Part shown: positions 12,364-21,152 of the stretch, one piece after another
Numbering within the stretch: position 1 is the first letter of the stretch
Layout: each line of letters opens with the position of its first letter
From: Candidatus Helicobacter avistercoris
GTDB taxonomy: Bacteria; Campylobacterota; Campylobacteria; Campylobacterales; Helicobacteraceae
Assembly (NCBI GenBank): GCA_019115525.1
Contig: DXDJ01000004.1
Span: 1,807 to 65,806 of the forward strand
Length of the DNA: 64,000 nt
Direction of reading: 5' to 3'
Program-made: the position numbers and the translations under genes
Notes under the pieces: generated by a model
Told to the model about the DNA's origin: nothing
Databases searched by the model: none
What the model saw: the letters and a program-made list of their open reading frames with translations, nothing else

Positions 12364-13185
12364 CTAGTTTTTTGACATTTTTTGAAATTGCTTAGGTGTC
12401 ATTCCATAATAATCTTTAAATCTTTTAATAAACCACGATGGCGATCCAAAATCCAACTCATAGGCTACTTCTTGGATATTCTTTCCTTCAAATTGCAACA
12501 TGAATCGTGCTTTAGAAAGACGCTTTTTATCTATCCATTCTTTTGGAGAAATACCACTTTCTTCTTTGAATTTCTTACTAAAAATACTAGTTTCTAGTTT
12601 TACCTCTTTTGCCATATCTCTTACTTGCAAGAAATTTTTGATTTCTAAGTCTTCCATAAGAGTGTTTTTCCGCTCCAAAATTTTTGCCAAAAAGGAGAGA
12701 AAATCTGCTTGATTTTCTTTTAGAAGGAGCAGAAGTAGCTCTTGAGATTTTAAGTCCAACACTTCCTCGCTTGGCTCTCCCCATAGCTCAAGACTATGTG
12801 CAAACAACTCCAAAGCCCTGCTCTTTTTAAAAGCACAAAACCCTTCTCTCCCCTCTTCTTTTGCATTGCAATATTTTTGTGCAAAGCGTGTTAGGGTATT
12901 TTTTTCAAAGAAAAAAAGTTTAGAGTGATAAATCCCCTCTCTTGCAATATTGCTAAAAGCATAACTTCCCATAGGAACAAAAAGTGCCTCCCCAACTCCA
13001 ATAAAATAACTTTGCTGAGAGTTGTGCATAACCTTTTGTCCTTCTTGAACAAAAATAAGGCAATCTTTTTGGAAATATACAGGGCGATTTAGAGTGTTGT
13101 GATTTTCCAAAAAGTCAATCATCATCATTTGTTTGCATCTGTATGTTTTGTGAGTATGAAGTTCTTGTGGGACAAGTAAGGACAT
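12364..13185 (-). CDS. AraC-family transcriptional regulator (ExsA-like N-terminus)
   Basis: C-terminal double HTH: FSKKFKEESGISPKEWI...IQEVAYELDFGSPSWFIKRFKDYYGMTPKQF. Confidence 0.92.
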   Translation of the reverse strand: MSLLVPQELHTHKTYRCKQMMMIDFLENHNTLNRPVYFQKDCLIFVQEGQKVMHNSQQSYFIGVGEALFVPMGSYAFSNIAREGIYHSKLFFFEKNTLTRFAQKYCNAKEEGREGFCAFKKSRALELFAHSLELWGEPSEEVLDLKSQELLLLLLKENQADFLSFLAKILERKNTLMEDLEIKNFLQVRDMAKEVKLETSIFSKKFKEESGISPKEWIDKKRLSKARFMLQFEGKNIQEVAYELDFGSPSWFIKRFKDYYGMTPKQFQKMSKN

Positions 13186-13195
13186 TTTTTTCTCC

Positions 13196-14146
13196 TTATT
13201 GAAGATCTGTTGTTGGAAGTTTTTTGAGAGATCGTGCAGGGTAACTCATCAAATCGCTTTGTTTAAACCCAAACTCCACTTTGATCCCTACTCCAAGATT
13301 GACATCAAGATTTAATGCACTAAAATCTGCATAAATATAAAAACTACTCCCCTCAAGAAGCTGGGCATTGTAATCAATCCCTATAAACATATCAAACTTC
13401 TGCTTTGGTGTGATCAATGTAGCTATATCATCTACCATCAATTCTCCCCCTGCTCCAACATCATAAAGCATTTTGACTTTGGTTTGAACCTGATGCTTAC
13501 CCAACATCTTGCCTACACTCACACTCCCCAAAAAACTAAAAGGAGCCCATGGCTTCATTACCTCATTTCTACCATTGACAACAGCCTCGCTATCAAGCAA
13601 AATCCCTGTTCCAAAATTAAACTCTGTTTGCAAAAAATATTCATTTGGGAGTGCAAAACGCTTGCCTACACCTAGATCAAAAAGCCAAGTAGCATTGCTA
13701 AATGGCTGTGAATGGTAGGTTTGAAAAAATTGTGCATATCGCATAGAAAATGACGCAAAAATATCATTATCCCATTTCCACAGCATATATCCTCCAAGCC
13801 CAAAGCCATAATTTCCAAGCGAGCCTTGAGAATTGCTTGAATTTAGCATTTCTGCACTTACATCAACACCCAAAAAAATCTTTGAGCCAATCAGTGGAAA
13901 TTCTTTATCAACTCCAATTTGGGGCATAACTCCCATGCAATCATCTTGCTCTCCAATGAAAGTTTTTTTGATTTTTGTATGCACAATTCCCCAAGCTCTC
14001 CACGAAGAAAGCGAAGGATAGTGGATTTGCTCTAAATGCTTTCTTTGTAGATTTTGCTCAATTTCCACATAGCGAGTCTGCATAAAAAGTGGAGATTCTC
14101 CAAAAAGAAAAGATACACTCAGCAAAACACCAAAAAGCCTTTTCAC
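13196..14146 (-). CDS. Outer-membrane autotransporter-type beta-barrel without passenger domain
   Basis: Signal peptide, alternating aromatic/hydrophobic strands (GNYGFGLGGYMLW), terminal strand LGVGIKVEF followed by a short tail. Confidence 0.6.
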   Translation of the reverse strand: MKRLFGVLLSVSFLFGESPLFMQTRYVEIEQNLQRKHLEQIHYPSLSSWRAWGIVHTKIKKTFIGEQDDCMGVMPQIGVDKEFPLIGSKIFLGVDVSAEMLNSSNSQGSLGNYGFGLGGYMLWKWDNDIFASFSMRYAQFFQTYHSQPFSNATWLFDLGVGKRFALPNEYFLQTEFNFGTGILLDSEAVVNGRNEVMKPWAPFSFLGSVSVGKMLGKHQVQTKVKMLYDVGAGGELMVDDIATLITPKQKFDMFIGIDYNAQLLEGSSFYIYADFSALNLDVNLGVGIKVEFGFKQSDLMSYPARSLKKLPTTDLQ

Positions 14147-15186
14147 TGCAAGCCCTCATTTTGCCAATAAGTATTATTAGGGTTTACTTTTAAAGACTGA
14201 GTGGCAACCTTTCCAAAGTAAAATCTTATTCCCAAACTTGCTTGATAAATCACATTAAAATCCCCCAAAAAAGTGCTTTCACTCCTGAAGAAAAATCTTA
14301 AATATTGATTGAGGATAAAATCAGATTCTAAAAACAATCCCACCCTCCAATCACTTTTATTATTCCTCTGCACAAGTTCGCCCAAATCATTAAGCAAGAT
14401 ATCGCCTCCTAAGCGATTGTCATAGCCAATGCTTACTCCCCCCTTAATATCACCTCGATAAATACTATTAAACTCTTTTCCAAACGCAACCCTTGCATCC
14501 AAAGCAAAAGGGACTAAATGTGCAATTCTTCCTGAAAGTCCATTGGGAAAAGAATTGACACTTCTAGGCAAGTATCCTGTGTGAAAACTAAGGCTTGGTT
14601 CCCAAAAAATATAGCTTGGATCAAGTGAATAGATGAGTGCAAACCTCTGCCCAACTTCTGCACCCAAATAGAAATTGTGTGTATCCATTTTATCAACTTG
14701 CATTCCATTAAGACGATAATCAGATGCAAGATAGTAATACTGCAAATTAAGGCTTGCATAAAGTCTATGAGCATTCATATATCCAAAATATGCCCCCAAA
14801 CCATAGCTCTGCAAACTTCCATCAATCCCATCACTCTGAGAATCATCGGTAATAATATCAAGATATCCCCCCATAAAAAATCTTGACTTGCCCACAGAAA
14901 TAGAAGTATCAAGCCCTAAGAGTAAATCATTGTAGCTTTGTGAATTTTTGTTGCTCCCATTGCTAGCATTGAGTTGTAAAAAACCAAAATTCTCACTGAT
15001 CCAAGCTGTGTTATCCAGCTCTTGCTCTCTTAATTCTCCAAGACGAGAAAAGCTTGTGAGTGTATGAGCCTTGTAAATGAGATAGTTTGAACGCAAAAGA
15101 GTTGTGAGAGCATTATAAGAATCTTGATGAGTTTGTGCAAAAGCAAAAAAAGAAAAAAACAAAAAGTAAAAAAGCTTTTTTCTCAA
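14143..15186 (-). CDS. Outer-membrane autotransporter-type beta-barrel without passenger domain
   Basis: Signal peptide, linker helix SFSRLGELR, strands LQSYGLGAYFGY and IYQASLGIRFYFG; overlaps the next gene by 4 nt. Confidence 0.7.
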   Translation of the reverse strand: MRKKLFYFLFFSFFAFAQTHQDSYNALTTLLRSNYLIYKAHTLTSFSRLGELREQELDNTAWISENFGFLQLNASNGSNKNSQSYNDLLLGLDTSISVGKSRFFMGGYLDIITDDSQSDGIDGSLQSYGLGAYFGYMNAHRLYASLNLQYYYLASDYRLNGMQVDKMDTHNFYLGAEVGQRFALIYSLDPSYIFWEPSLSFHTGYLPRSVNSFPNGLSGRIAHLVPFALDARVAFGKEFNSIYRGDIKGGVSIGYDNRLGGDILLNDLGELVQRNNKSDWRVGLFLESDFILNQYLRFFFRSESTFLGDFNVIYQASLGIRFYFGKVATQSLKVNPNNTYWQNEGLQ

Positions 15187-15259
15187 AATGTTTTCCTTTA
15201 TAAAAAAATTATTATGCTAAGCTGTATAATTCTAGCCAATTTTATTCCAAGGAACGACT

Positions 15260-16594
15260 ATGAACTATCGCTTAAAACGCTATATTACTTATTTTGTTAT
15301 TACTCTTGTTGTTGTAGCTCTTCCATTTATCCATATCAATGATGGACAAATTTTTCTCCTCTCATTTGATAAAAAACAGTTTCATCTCTTGGGAATGGTC
15401 TTTAATATGCAAGAGCTTTATGTGTTGCCATTTTTGGTCATTTTGTTGTTTGTAGGCATCTTTTTTGCAACAACCCTTATGGGGAGATTATGGTGTGGTT
15501 GGGGTTGCCCTCAAACAATCTTTCGTGTGATTTATCGTGATTTGATTGAAGGTGTAGTTTTTGGCCTTACAAATACTTCAAACCGACAAAAAACCCCTGA
15601 TCTTAGCACTTTGGGTGCAAAAATAAAAAAATTCCTCTCAATCTTGATTATCTCTATTTTTACTTATAGTGCAAGTGCGGTTTTGCTCTTTTATTTTGTG
15701 CCTCCTTATGATTTCTTCTCTTATCTCTCAAATCCATCAGAACATTTAGTTTTGCTTGGCTTTTGGCTTGGTATTGGAACATTTTTTACTTTTGATATTG
15801 TATGGCTTAAGGAAAATTTTTGTATCTATATTTGCCCTTATTGCCGAGTACAAAGCGCATTGTATGATGATGATACACAAACTGTCATCTACAATCAAAA
15901 GCGTGGAGGGGCAATCTATCAAGATAATGGTGAGAAATTCCATCAATCTCTTAGATTTAGAGATGCAAATGCCCAATGTGTTGAGTGTCAAAAATGCGTC
16001 AAAGTCTGCCCTACTCACATTGATATTAGAGCTGGAATGCAACTTGAGTGTATCAACTGTCTTGAATGCTCAGATGCATGCTCAAAAGTAATGGCAGCCA
16101 AAAACCTCCCCTCACTCATTGAGTGGACAAGCACAAATGCAATTCAAACAAACTCAAAAGTTCGACTCTTGCGTACAAAAACTATTGGCTATATGCTTAT
16201 CATTTCAGCATGCATAGCCCTAGCAATTTTTATGGGTGGCAAAAGAGATGATATTTTGCTCAACATCACACGCACAAGCTCTTTGTATACAATTCATGAA
16301 AATGGAAGTGTGAGCAATGAGTATGTTCTACTTGTAGAAAACACTACTCAAAAGCCCCTTAATCTCCTTTTGCAAATACAAGACAATGAGAATCTAAAAA
16401 TCTTAAGACCTAAAAATGCCATATATGTGGATGCAAAAGAAAAAAGAAGAGTGGTTTTCATCCTTGATTATGAAGGAAAACTTGAGCTAAAAAATCAAGA
16501 CAAATCTATCCCTTTTAAGCTCAAGCTCTACTCAGAACAAAACCCTGCACTCTCAATCACAAAAGAAAGCGTCTTTATCTACCCTCACCAATAG
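15260..16594 (+). CDS. ccoG: Cytochrome c oxidase accessory protein CcoG/FixG
   Basis: GRLWCGWGCPQT, FCIYICPY, CVECQKCVKVCPTHIDIR, LECINCLECSDAC 4Fe-4S motifs; C-terminal Ig-like domain. Confidence 0.93.
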   Translation: MNYRLKRYITYFVITLVVVALPFIHINDGQIFLLSFDKKQFHLLGMVFNMQELYVLPFLVILLFVGIFFATTLMGRLWCGWGCPQTIFRVIYRDLIEGVVFGLTNTSNRQKTPDLSTLGAKIKKFLSILIISIFTYSASAVLLFYFVPPYDFFSYLSNPSEHLVLLGFWLGIGTFFTFDIVWLKENFCIYICPYCRVQSALYDDDTQTVIYNQKRGGAIYQDNGEKFHQSLRFRDANAQCVECQKCVKVCPTHIDIRAGMQLECINCLECSDACSKVMAAKNLPSLIEWTSTNAIQTNSKVRLLRTKTIGYMLIISACIALAIFMGGKRDDILLNITRTSSLYTIHENGSVSNEYVLLVENTTQKPLNLLLQIQDNENLKILRPKNAIYVDAKEKRRVVFILDYEGKLELKNQDKSIPFKLKLYSEQNPALSITKESVFIYPHQ

Positions 16595-16602
16595 GAGAAA
16601 AT

Positions 16603-17439
16603 ATGAGAGCATTACTCCTTCTCTCTTTTTTCTTCCTCTCCCTTTATTCAAGGGAGATGTGGTTATTACAACAATTTGATCCTCAAGTCATTCAAGCTCG
16701 CCCGCAATCCTTTGTATATAGTGAAAAACTCGATGGTGTCAGAGCTTTTTGGGATGGTAAAAATCTTTATAGTAAAGGTGGAAAACTCCTAACTCCCCCA
16801 AGCTTTTTTACCCAAAACTTTCCTCCTTTTGCAATTGAGGGGGAATTGTGGAGTAAGAGGGGGGATTTTGAAAACATTGTCTCAATCCTTAAAAGCACAA
16901 AAAAGAAAGAAAAATGGAGAGAATTGAAATTCTATATCTTTGAGGTGCCAAATCAGCAAGGCGGGATTCTAAAACGGCTTGAGGTGCTAGAAGCCTATCT
17001 TGCCTCTCAACCAGCTCCATTTATTTCTATCATTCCCCAACTTCCGCTCAATACTCTTCAAGCATTGCAAGACGCTCTTAGCGCAATCACTCAAGCAGGG
17101 GGAGAGGGAGTTGTTGTGAGAGAAAAAGATGCTCCATATTACACAGGAAGAAACAAAAAAGCCATGAAACTCAAACTTTATGAAGATAGGGAATGCAAAA
17201 TCACTTCCTATGTCCAAGGCAAAGGAAAATTTGAGAATCTAGTGGGATCAATTATATGTCTTGATGGGGATGTAGAATTTAAAATTGGAAGTGGAATGAG
17301 CGAGGATTTTAGAAAAAATCCTCCAAAAGTTGGCACAATTATCACTTACAAGTATTTTGGCTTAAACAAAAACAAACTGCCAAAATTTCCTGTCTTTCTT
17401 AGAATTCGTAGTGATGAAAGTTTAAATTCAAAGGAGTAA
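16603..17439 (+). CDS. Minimal ATP-dependent DNA ligase with N-terminal signal peptide (Lig E type)
   Basis: SEKLDGVRAFWDG (motif I), EGELW, GGEGVVVR, KLK, OB domain FKIGSG and PKFPVFLRIR; hydrophobic leader MRALLLLSFFFLSLYS. Confidence 0.9.
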   Translation: MRALLLLSFFFLSLYSREMWLLQQFDPQVIQARPQSFVYSEKLDGVRAFWDGKNLYSKGGKLLTPPSFFTQNFPPFAIEGELWSKRGDFENIVSILKSTKKKEKWRELKFYIFEVPNQQGGILKRLEVLEAYLASQPAPFISIIPQLPLNTLQALQDALSAITQAGGEGVVVREKDAPYYTGRNKKAMKLKLYEDRECKITSYVQGKGKFENLVGSIICLDGDVEFKIGSGMSEDFRKNPPKVGTIITYKYFGLNKNKLPKFPVFLRIRSDESLNSKE

Positions 17440-17441
17440 AA

Positions 17442-18389
17442 ATGAAAAGATTTGCTGTGGTCGGAGTTGGAGGATATGTTGCTCCAAGACATCTTAGGGC
17501 AATAAAAGAATGTGGTGGAAATGTTTTGTGTGCGATTGATAAGCACGATAGTGTCGGAGTGATGGATAGCTATTTTCCTCATACGCATTTTTTTACGGAG
17601 TTTGAGCGTTTTGATCGCCATATTGACAAACTTCATCGTCAAGGAAAAGGGATAGAATACTTTAGTATTTGCTCTCCAAATTACCTTCATGATTCACACA
17701 TTCGTTATGCTCTAAGAAACGGTGCTGATGCAATTTGTGAAAAACCCCTAGTATTAAACCCCTGGAATCTTCAAGCACTTCTTGAACTTGAAAAAGAGAG
17801 TGGGAAGAAAGTCTATAATATCCTTCAGCTCAGACTTCACCCCAAAATCATTGCACTCAAACAAAGCGTAGAGCAAGAGTTGAAAGCCAATCCCAATCAT
17901 ATCTATGAGATTGATCTAAGCTATATTACAAGCCGTGGAAATTGGTATTTTACAAGCTGGAAGGGAGATAAGGCAAAGAGTGGAGGGATAGCAAGCAATA
18001 TTGGTATCCACTTTTTTGATATGTTACTTTGGATTTTTGGAAAAGCTCAAAGAAGTGAATTATATTTTGAAAGCGAAAAAACAATGGTGGGCTATCTTGA
18101 GCTTGAACACGCAAGAGTGAAGTGGTTTTTGAGTGTGGATGCCACTACGCTTCCTCAAGAAGTCAAAGAAGCAGGCAAGCCAACATACAGAAGTCTAAAA
18201 ATCAATGATGAAGAGTTTGAGTTTAGCGAAGGCTTTACAGATTTACATACCCTAAGCTATCAAGATATTTTAAATGGTGGAGGATTTAGTGCCATTGAGG
18301 CTCAACCCTCGATTGAACTAGTTTATTCACTCAGAAATGCTCCACTTTCTCCAAAAGATCCACTCACAGCACATCCATTTCTCAAATGA
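17442..18389 (+). CDS. wbpB: Gfo/Idh/MocA oxidoreductase, UDP-GlcNAcA 3-dehydrogenase (WbpB/WlbA-like)
   Basis: [59 protein letters not shown]. Confidence 0.85.
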   Translation: MKRFAVVGVGGYVAPRHLRAIKECGGNVLCAIDKHDSVGVMDSYFPHTHFFTEFERFDRHIDKLHRQGKGIEYFSICSPNYLHDSHIRYALRNGADAICEKPLVLNPWNLQALLELEKESGKKVYNILQLRLHPKIIALKQSVEQELKANPNHIYEIDLSYITSRGNWYFTSWKGDKAKSGGIASNIGIHFFDMLLWIFGKAQRSELYFESEKTMVGYLELEHARVKWFLSVDATTLPQEVKEAGKPTYRSLKINDEEFEFSEGFTDLHTLSYQDILNGGGFSAIEAQPSIELVYSLRNAPLSPKDPLTAHPFLK

Positions 18390-18949
18390 GTATCTTTATC
18401 CACGAAAGCTCCCTAATTGATGAGGGAGTGCATATCGGAGAAGGTAGTAAAATATGGCACTTCTGTCATATCCTTCACTCAAGCACCTTGGGAGAGAATT
18501 GTAATATTGGGCAAAACTGTGTTATTGGCCCTAATGCAAAAATAGGCAATAATGTAAAAATCCAAAACAATGTCAGTGTATATGAAGGGGTTGAGTGTCA
18601 AGATGATGTCTTTATAGGGCCTAGTGTAGTTTTTACCAATGTTCTCAATCCTAGAAGCTTCATTCCAAGAAAAGATGAATTCAAGCCAACTTTACTTAAG
18701 AGAGGTTGCTCTATTGGGGCAAATGCTACTTTGGTGTGCGGGGTGAGTATTGGCGAGTTTGCCCTCATAGGTGCTGGAAGTGTAATTACCAAAAATATCC
18801 CTCCTCATGCCTTAGTTGTTGGAAATCCTGCAAGAATTATTGGATGGGTAGATAAAGCAGGGATGAGAATGGAATTTAACAATGGAATAGCTATCGATAG
18901 TTACGATGGAAGCATCCATTATCTCAAAGATTTTGAGAATCCAAAGTAA
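18386..18949 (+). CDS. wbpD: Hexapeptide-repeat N-acetyltransferase (WbpD/WlbB-like)
   Basis: [43 protein letters not shown]. Confidence 0.85.
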   Translation: MSIFIHESSLIDEGVHIGEGSKIWHFCHILHSSTLGENCNIGQNCVIGPNAKIGNNVKIQNNVSVYEGVECQDDVFIGPSVVFTNVLNPRSFIPRKDEFKPTLLKRGCSIGANATLVCGVSIGEFALIGAGSVITKNIPPHALVVGNPARIIGWVDKAGMRMEFNNGIAIDSYDGSIHYLKDFENPK

Positions 18950-18970
18950 GAAAAATAAGATTAATTAAAA

Positions 18971-18979
18971 TGCTATAAT
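18971..18979 (+). promoter_or_regulatory. Extended -10 promoter (TGcTATAAT)
   Basis: TGCTATAAT about 40 nt upstream of AGGAG...ATG 19020. Confidence 0.6.
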
Positions 18980-19019
18980 TTTCTAGTTATTCACAAAGAA
19001 TATTGTACAAGGAGAAAAA

Positions 19020-20624
19020 ATGTCGTATTATGATGCCATTGTAATTGGTTCTGGACTTGGTGGACTAACCTGTGCAGCAACGCTTAGCAAAAAAGGGAAA
19101 AAAGTCTTAGTCCTAGAGCAACACAATCTCATCGGTGGTTGCTCAACCTGCTTTCCACGAAAAGGCGCAATGATTGATGCAGGATTGCACGAGATGGATT
19201 TTGGGGATAGAAGCGTAGATCAAAAACATCGCATTTTTGATTATATTGGTCTATGGGATAAAGTTGAATTCATCAAACTTCCAAGTGCATGGACAATCAA
19301 AGTTGGAGATAAAGACTATCATATCCCTCATGGCAATACTGCACAAGCTCTAAAAAAAATGTTTCCGCACGAGGCTAAGGGTATTGATAAATACTTCAAA
19401 AAAATCAAACTTCAAGCAAGAAAGGCTTATAAATTCCCCTTTGATATGGGATTCTTTGAGTTTTTTGTTGCACCTATTACAACAATCCCTTATCACCTCT
19501 ACAATCTTTTAGTCAATAAAAGTACGGGTTCTTCTCTTGATGAATGCATCAAAGATTCTCAATTAAAGAGAATCCTTAATATTAATATTGTCTACTATCA
19601 TCATGACCCATATAAGTTTATTTGGAGTTACCACGCAATTCCACAGCACAACTATTATATACAAGGAATGTATGTCAAAGGTGGATCACAAGCTTTATCC
19701 GATGGGATCGCAAGCATTGTTACAGATAATGGTGGAGAAGTTAGGGCAAAAGCTGATGTTACTGATATTTTACTTGATGGAAACAAAGCTATTGGGGTGA
19801 GATATCTTGATAAAAAAACCAAAGAAAATGTTGAAGTATATGCAGATAAAATTATTGCAAACTGCGATCCTGCAACTGTTTATCATAGTCTTTTGCCTCA
19901 AGATAGAGACTATAGCAAAGATCTCAATCTAACAAAAAACAATGAAATAACAACATCACTTATTTCAATTTATATGGTTTTTGATAAAAATCCTTGCGAA
20001 ATCCATCCAAATATGGATTACAGCACATTTATTGTCAATCCAAAAAATTTCCAAAAAGATTTCAAAGATTCGGATTGTTACAATACCGATTTTAAAGACA
20101 TAGACTTTGTGTTTGTAAATTATTCTAAAGTTGATAGTGGACTAAGCGATCGTGAAGATAGACATGTAGGAGTAATTACGACTTTTGGAAAGTATGAGGA
20201 TTGGGATGGACTTGATAAAGAGGCATATAAAGCCAAAAAAGCAGAAGTTCAAAAAATTCTCGAAGATCGATTGGAGGAAGCATTTCCTGGAATTATGCAA
20301 CACTGCATCCATTCAGAGCTTGCAACCCCCAAGACAATCCAAAGATATATCAAAACACGCAAAGGAACTCCTTATGGATACGATCAAAACAAAGAAACAT
20401 TCTTTGGTCGTGAGCGCTGGAAAAGCTATAGCGTAAAAAATCTCTACTTTGCTTCAGCATTCTGCAATCCTGGTGGAGGTTTCACAGGGGCAATAATGTC
20501 AGGATATCGCACAGGTAGAAAGATCCTTGACCCATATGCATTGCCTAGAAAACTAGTTTTTGCTGCACTTTTTGGAACAGCCCTAAGTGAAGGAATTAAA
20601 TTTATCATCAAAGCTCTTGCCTAA
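19020..20624 (+). CDS. FAD-dependent oxidoreductase, phytoene desaturase / retinol saturase family
   Basis: VIGSGLGGL FAD motif, LEQHNLIGGC, GGSQALSD, ATPKTIQRY...GTPYG, GGGFTGAIMSG; hydrophobic C-terminal helix. Confidence 0.8.
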   Translation: MSYYDAIVIGSGLGGLTCAATLSKKGKKVLVLEQHNLIGGCSTCFPRKGAMIDAGLHEMDFGDRSVDQKHRIFDYIGLWDKVEFIKLPSAWTIKVGDKDYHIPHGNTAQALKKMFPHEAKGIDKYFKKIKLQARKAYKFPFDMGFFEFFVAPITTIPYHLYNLLVNKSTGSSLDECIKDSQLKRILNINIVYYHHDPYKFIWSYHAIPQHNYYIQGMYVKGGSQALSDGIASIVTDNGGEVRAKADVTDILLDGNKAIGVRYLDKKTKENVEVYADKIIANCDPATVYHSLLPQDRDYSKDLNLTKNNEITTSLISIYMVFDKNPCEIHPNMDYSTFIVNPKNFQKDFKDSDCYNTDFKDIDFVFVNYSKVDSGLSDREDRHVGVITTFGKYEDWDGLDKEAYKAKKAEVQKILEDRLEEAFPGIMQHCIHSELATPKTIQRYIKTRKGTPYGYDQNKETFFGRERWKSYSVKNLYFASAFCNPGGGFTGAIMSGYRTGRKILDPYALPRKLVFAALFGTALSEGIKFIIKALA

Positions 20625-20753
20625 CCAAGGCAGAGCTTCTCTCTGCAAATACCCACTCTTTTATTGTGAATTACTTTTCTATCCTATAGCTATTAACAGA
20701 TTTACAAGATGAATAAACAATGATTTATCAAAAAAGGAGATTAGCTTGGAACT

Positions 20754-20830
<77 letters not shown>

Positions 20831-20860
20831 ATAAGTAAAATTGAAGATTTTAAAAGAAGT

Positions 20861-20935
20861 TGGCTGGGGTAAAAGGATTCGAACCTCTGAATGGCTGGAC
20901 CAAAACCAGCTGCCTTACCGCTTGGCGATACCCCA
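20861..20935 (-). tRNA. tRNA-Gln (TTG)
   Basis: TGGGGTATCGCCAAGCGGTAAGGC-AGCTGGTTTTGGTCCAGCC...GGTTCGAATCC...CCAGCCA. Confidence 0.96.
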
Positions 20936-20948
20936 ATGAAAAAGCGTG

Positions 20949-20977
20949 ATTATAAAGATTTTTTTCTCACTTGTCAA
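20949..20977 (-). promoter_or_regulatory. Consensus sigma70/80 promoter for tRNA-Gln/tRNA-fMet
   Basis: Minus strand TTGACA-N17-TATAAT, with the -10 box ending 13 nt upstream of tRNA-Gln. Confidence 0.85.
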
Positions 20978-21004
20978 GAGAAAAATGAAAAAAATTAAAA
21001 TTTT

Positions 21005-21102
21005 TGGCGAGAAGGTGAGAGAATCGAACTCCCCAGCAACTAGACACCTAGCCACTCTATGGGTTTGAAGCCCAAGGCGAACACCAGAATCGCTTACCCT
21101 CC
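21005..21102 (-). tRNA. selC: tRNA-Sec (TCA)
   Basis: 98 nt; anticodon loop CTTCAAA, 9-bp variable arm AGTGGCTAG/CTAGTTGCT, T-loop TTCGATT, G73-CCA; divergent from selA. Confidence 0.93.
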
Positions 21103-21113
21103 AAAAAATGAGC

Positions 21114-21123
21114 TAGAATTATA
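21114..21123. promoter_or_regulatory. Overlapping divergent -10 boxes (TAGAAT plus strand / TATAAT minus strand) for selA and selC
   Basis: TAGAATTATA in the 50-bp selC-selA gap. Confidence 0.45.
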
Positions 21124-21152
21124 TATCACAATTTTATTTTTTGGAGAATTCC

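Noticed and set aside
20630-20646. GCAGAG/CTCTGC hairpin after the oxidoreductase as an intrinsic terminator
   Set aside because: No adjacent U-tract on either strand, so it was left unannotated.
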